This document shows, one piece after another, positions 7,816 to 11,218 of a stretch of 11,218 nucleotides of DNA; the first letter of the stretch is position 1, and the number at the start of each line of letters is the position of its first letter. The translations under genes were made by a program, and so were the position numbers. Where the stretch lies: IMG/VR virus record IMGVR_UViG_2667528065_000004. The stretch is one strand, 5' to 3'. The notes beneath the pieces were generated by a model, which was not told where the DNA came from, made no database searches, and saw only the letters and a list, made by a program, of their open reading frames with translations. This DNA is from a virus (Duplodnaviria > Heunggongvirae > Uroviricota > Caudoviricetes).

Positions 7816-8090
7816 ATGTCTCGACTAATCACTTTACAGGACTGGGCTAATCACCTTTCCGGACTGGGCTAAAGAAGAATTTGGGGACTTAGCACCAAGT
7901 GAGCGAGTTCTGAAAAAATACGCGCAAGGGAAAATGATGGCCCCACCCGCTAGGGAAAATGATGGCCCCACCCGCTATAAAAGTTGGTCGCTACTGGATG
8001 ATTGACCGAAATTCCCGTTTTGTAGGAACGCTTGCAGAACCGCCAACTCCCAATAAACGCAAACCCAAAACTCCAACGGATAATCGCTGA
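7816..8090 (+). pseudogene. xis: Excisionase (Xis-like) gene disrupted by two duplication-type insertions
   Basis: ATG 7816 with AGGAGG RBS; frame stops after 18 codons. Removing the 22-bp insert (7851-7872, an imperfect copy of 7829-7850) and the perfect 25-bp tandem duplicate (7953-7977 = 7928-7952) restores a continuous ~75-aa Xis-like ORF MSRLITLQDWAKEEFGDLAPSERVLKKYAQGKMMAPPAIKVGRYWMIDRNSRFVGTLAEPPTPNKRKPKTPTDNR whose TGA overlaps the int ATG at 8090. Confidence 0.65.
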
Positions 8091-9232
8091 TGGCTGCTAG
8101 ACCCCGATCTCACAAAATCTCTATACCCAATTTATATTGCAAATTAGATAAGCGAACCGGAAAGGTATATTGGCAATACAAACATCCACTATCCGGTCGT
8201 TTTCATAGCTTAGGAACTGATGAGAATGAAGCAAAACAAGTTGCTACTGAAGCAAATACCATTATTGCTGAACAACGTACCCGACAAATATTAAGCGTCA
8301 ATGAGCGTCTAGAAAGAATGAAAGGCAGGCGTTCAGACATTACGGTGACAGAATGGCTTGATAAATATATTTCTATCCAGGAGGACAGGCTGCAACATAA
8401 TGAACTAAAACCCAACTCCTATCGGCAAAAAGGTAAACCCATTCGTCTTTTCCGTGAGCATTGTGGAATGCAACACCTCAAGGATATTACCGCACTTGAT
8501 ATTGCCGAAATAATTGATGCTGTAAAGGCTGAAGGTCATAACAGGATGGCGCAAGTCGTGAGAATGGTGTTGATCGACGTCTTCAAAGAAGCACAACACG
8601 CAGGACATGTTCCGCCAGGATTTAACCCAGCGCAGGCAACAAAACAACCGCGAAATCGAGTAAACCGCCAAAGATTATCACTGCCCGAATGGCAGGCAAT
8701 ATTTGAAAGCGTAAGCAGACGGCAGCCCTATTTAAAATGCGGCATGCTACTTGCTCTTGTTACTGGACAACGTTTAGGCGATATCTGCAATTTGAAATTC
8801 TCTGATATATGGGACGACATGTTGCACATTACTCAGGAAAAAACCGGTTCAAAACTTGCTATTCCGCTTAGCCTGAAATGCGATGCTCTGAATATTACCC
8901 TTCGTGAAGTTATATCTCAGTGCAGGGATGCTGTTGTTAGTAAATATCTGGTCCATTACCGTCACACTACCTCTCAAGCAAACAGAGGAGACCAGGTTTC
9001 TGCAAATACTCTTACAACGGCTTTTAAAAAGGCCAGGGAAAAATGTGGCATAAAATGGGAGCCAGGAACTGCGCCCACATTTCATGAGCAGCGATCTCTG
9101 TCAGAACGGTTATATCGGGAACAGGGTCTGGATACGCAAAAGTTGTTAGGTCATAAATCCAGAAAAATGACCGACCGATACAATGATGATCGTGGTAAAG
9201 ACTGGATTATCGTAGATATCAAAACAGCATAG
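8090..9232 (+). CDS. int: Tyrosine recombinase / phage integrase (e14 IntE / phage 21 Int type)
   Basis: Intact 380-aa ORF MAARPRSHKISIPNLY...; C-terminal catalytic region with HxxR and Tyr (LGHKSRKMTDRY); adjacent to the attachment site in icd. Confidence 0.9.
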   Translation: MAARPRSHKISIPNLYCKLDKRTGKVYWQYKHPLSGRFHSLGTDENEAKQVATEANTIIAEQRTRQILSVNERLERMKGRRSDITVTEWLDKYISIQEDRLQHNELKPNSYRQKGKPIRLFREHCGMQHLKDITALDIAEIIDAVKAEGHNRMAQVVRMVLIDVFKEAQHAGHVPPGFNPAQATKQPRNRVNRQRLSLPEWQAIFESVSRRQPYLKCGMLLALVTGQRLGDICNLKFSDIWDDMLHITQEKTGSKLAIPLSLKCDALNITLREVISQCRDAVVSKYLVHYRHTTSQANRGDQVSANTLTTAFKKAREKCGIKWEPGTAPTFHEQRSLSERLYREQGLDTQKLLGHKSRKMTDRYNDDRGKDWIIVDIKTA

Positions 9233-9242
9233 AAAATAGCCA

Positions 9243-9279
9243 GTTTTGGGGAAGGGTTTTGGGGAAAGTTTTGGGGAAG
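9243..9279. repeat. Three direct repeats of GTTTTGGGGAA (9243-9254, 9256-9267, 9268-9279) between the int stop and the icd 3' end; candidate integrase arm-type sites
   Basis: Seen directly. Location next to int and the att region is consistent with P'-arm-type binding sites. They could also belong to the same duplication phenomenon seen elsewhere. Confidence 0.45.
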
Positions 9280-9294
9280 ATTTTACATCATCAT

Positions 9295-9324
9295 AAAACA
9301 ACGGGCGTGTTATACGCCCGTTTC
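9295..9324. terminator. Rho-independent terminator, best oriented for icd (minus strand), possibly bidirectional for int
   Basis: Perfect 8-bp stem acgggcgt (9301-9308) / acgcccgt (9314-9321), 5-nt loop. On the minus strand it is followed by UGUUUUAUGA, 25 bp downstream of the icd stop. Confidence 0.65.
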
Positions 9325-9348
9325 AATATTTAACACATGTAGTAGTGA

Positions 9349-10700
9349 TTACATATTCTTGATGATCGCGTCACCAAACTCTGAACATTTCAGCAGCAGT
9401 TTAGCGCCTTCCATCAGACGTTCGAAGTCATAGGTTACGGTCGGCGTTGGCGTTGATTGCGCCTTCCATACCTTTAACAATCAGGTCTGCGGCTTCAGTC
9501 CAGCCCATATGGCGCAGCATCATCTCAGCGGAGAGAATAATAGAGCCTGGGTTTACTTTGTCCTGTCCGGCATATTTCGGCGCAGTACCGTGGGTGGCTT
9601 CAAACAGGGCGCATTCGTCACCGATGTTTGCGCCAGGGGCGATACCGATACCACCAACCTGCGCTGCCAGGGCGTCAGAAATGTAGTCACCGTTCAGGTT
9701 CATACAGGCGATAACATCATATTCAGCCGGACGCAGCAGGATCTGTTGCAGGAATGCATCAGCAATCACGTCTTTAATGACGATCTCTTTGCCGGTATTC
9801 GGGTTTTTAACTTTCAGCCACGGGCCGCCGTCGATCAGTTCACGGGCCGCCGTCGATCAGTTCACCGCCAAATTCTTCACGCGCCAGCTGGTAGCCCCAG
9901 TCTTTAAACGCGCCTTCGGTGAACTTCATGATGTTGTCTTTAAACGCGCCTTCGGTGAACTTCATGATGTTGCCTTTGTGCACCAGGGTGTTGACTTCAT
10001 GATGTTGCCTTTGTGCACCAGGGTCACAGAGTCAACGATCGTTAGCAATTGCGTATTCGATCGCTGCACGAACCAGACGTTTGGTGCCTTCTTCCGAACA
10101 CGGCTTAATACCGATACCGCAATGTTCCGGGAAGCGAATTTTCTTCACGCCCATCTCTTCACGCAGGAATTTAATCACTTTCTCAGCGTCGGCAGAGTCT
10201 GCTTTCCATTCGATACCCGCATAAATGTCTTCCGAGTTTTCACGGAAGATAACCATATCGGTCAGTTCAGGGTGTTTAACCGGGCTTGGAGTGCCCTGAT
10301 AGTAACGTACCGGACGCAGGCAGATGTAGAGATCCAGTTCCTGGCGCAGGGCAACGTTCAGAGAGCGAATACCGCCACCAACCGGAGTGGTCAGCGGGCC
10401 TTTAATGGCAACGCGATATTCACGAATCAGATCAAGGGTTTCAGCAGGCAACCAGACGTCCTGACCATAAACCTGTGTGGATTTTTCACCGGTGTAAATT
10501 TCCATCCAGGAGATTTTACGCTCGCCTTTATAGGCTTTCTCGACTGCAGCGTCGACCACTTTCAGCATGGCTGGGGTTACATCTACACCGATTCCATCAC
10601 CTTCAATGTAAGGGATAATCGGATTTTCAGGAACGTTGAGTTTGCCGTTTTGCAGGGTGATCTTCTTGCCTTGTGCCGGAACAACTACTTTACTTTCCAT
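9349..10700 (-). pseudogene. icd: Isocitrate dehydrogenase gene icd, reading frame broken by multiple insertions
   Basis: N-terminal ORF 10032..10700 is Icd ([26 protein letters not shown]...EYAIANDR*). ORF 9428..9769 is the Icd C-terminal region in another frame. The final segment YDFERL...[11 protein letters not shown] ends at 9349. Span is 1352 bp versus 1251 bp for a 416-aa Icd plus stop. The 101 extra bp are accounted for by a 1-bp insertion (~10034), a ~35-bp duplication (9990-10024), a 36-bp tandem duplication (9937-9972), a 22-bp tandem duplication (9841-9862), a 4-bp insertion (~9449-9456) and a CTG insertion (~9397-9405). Confidence 0.85.
9819..10024. repeat. Three tandem duplications inside icd: 22 bp x2 (9819-9840 / 9841-9862), 36 bp x2 (9901-9936 / 9937-9972), ~35 bp x2 (about 9955-9989 / 9990-10024, imperfect at its 5' edge)
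   Basis: Seen directly: cacgggccgccgtcgatcagtt x2; tctttaaacgcgccttcggtgaacttcatgatgttg x2; ttcatgatgttgcctttgtgcaccagggt repeated after a gttgac spacer. Confidence 0.9.
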
Positions 10701-10871
10701 TCACCTCTCCTTCGAGCGCTACTGGTTTGCTCGTCTGCCACCACGTTGCATATGCGTTTGCGTCCTGCGATACGGATGCTTTAGAGCAATTTTTTGTTAA
10801 TGATTTGTAATTGGCTTGTCAATACTACCCTATTGTTTGCCGTCATGAAAGATGCGCGTTATTAGGCTATA

Positions 10872-11218
10872 ATGCGGCAATTCATAATCTCTGAAAATAC
10901 CATGCAAAAAACTTCTTTTAGAAATCACAAGGTTAAGCGATTCAGCTCGCAACGTTCTACCAGACGAAAACCTGAAAACCAGCCCACGCGTGTGATCCTG
11001 TTCAATAAACCCTACGATGTTCTTCCGCAGTTCACCGATGAAGCCGGACGCAAAACATTGAAGCCGGACGCAAAACATTAAAAGAATTCATCCCGGTTCA
11101 GGGGGTGTATGCGGCAGGTCGTCTCGACCGCGACAGCGAAGGGTTACTGGTGCTGACCAATAACGGCGCTTTGCAGGCGCGTTTAACCCAGCCGGGTAAA
11201 CGTACCGGGAAAATCTAG
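10872..11218 (+). pseudogene. rluE: 23S rRNA pseudouridine synthase RluE gene, 5' part, frameshifted by a 20-bp tandem duplication; continues past the window end
   Basis: Translation [63 protein letters not shown] matches the RluE N-terminus as I recall it. gaagccggacgcaaaacatt is duplicated at 11040-11059 / 11060-11079, producing a premature stop at 11079-11081. The downstream sequence encodes the expected continuation ([44 protein letters not shown]) in the original frame. Confidence 0.8.

Larger units (their letters stand above)
1..9420. mobile_element. Lambdoid prophage (phage 21/lambda-like), integrated at the 3' end of icd; left part extends beyond the window, right boundary approximate
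   Basis: Contiguous phage modules: O-like gene with iterons, cro/cI immunity region, gam-bet-exo, xis-int, ending next to icd. Integration into icd is known for phage 21 and e14. The exact phage/host junction lies somewhere in the last ~165 bp of icd and cannot be fixed without a reference. Confidence 0.8.

Noticed and set aside
9349-10700. IS element or transposon insertion as the cause of icd disruption
   Set aside because: There is no transposase ORF, terminal inverted repeat or foreign sequence. All extra sequence is a local copy of adjacent icd sequence or 1-4 bp.
9777-10784. Plus-strand 335-aa ORF and 9509..9907 ORF
   Set aside because: Antisense to icd. They are long only because icd codon bias leaves the opposite strand open, and the duplications create repeated peptide segments.
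10830-11078. Minus-strand 82-aa ORF
   Set aside because: Antisense to the rluE 5' region, which has a clear RluE N-terminal translation on the plus strand.

Overview
This window is the early, immunity, recombination and integration region of a lambdoid (phage 21/lambda-like) prophage inserted at the 3' end of host icd, followed by host icd and the 5' part of rluE. The window + strand runs in the lambda leftward direction. Gene order: O-like replication gene with five ori iterons (-, runs off the window start), YdaT-like (-), Cro/YdaS-like (-), divergent operator/promoter region, CI-like LexA-type repressor (+), an AT-rich 317-aa unknown gene in the rexAB position, terminator, pL-like promoter, small early ORF, gam-bet-exo (near-identical to lambda Red as I remember it), orf60a-like peptide, a minimal TGT-fold (DpdA-like) gene, small ORFs including a TraR/DksA zinc finger, xis (disrupted), int (intact), attachment-region repeats and terminator, then icd (-) and rluE (+). 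Three things stand out. First, the unknown rex-position gene is the best candidate for an undescribed prophage defence or exclusion function. Second, the DpdA-like gene has no deazaguanine synthesis genes nearby. Third, short tandem duplications and small insertions, found only between about 7.7 and 11.1 kb, inactivate xis, icd and rluE while leaving int intact; this may be a sequence artefact rather than biology. All homology statements come from reading the translations and from memory of family sequences; no database search was run.
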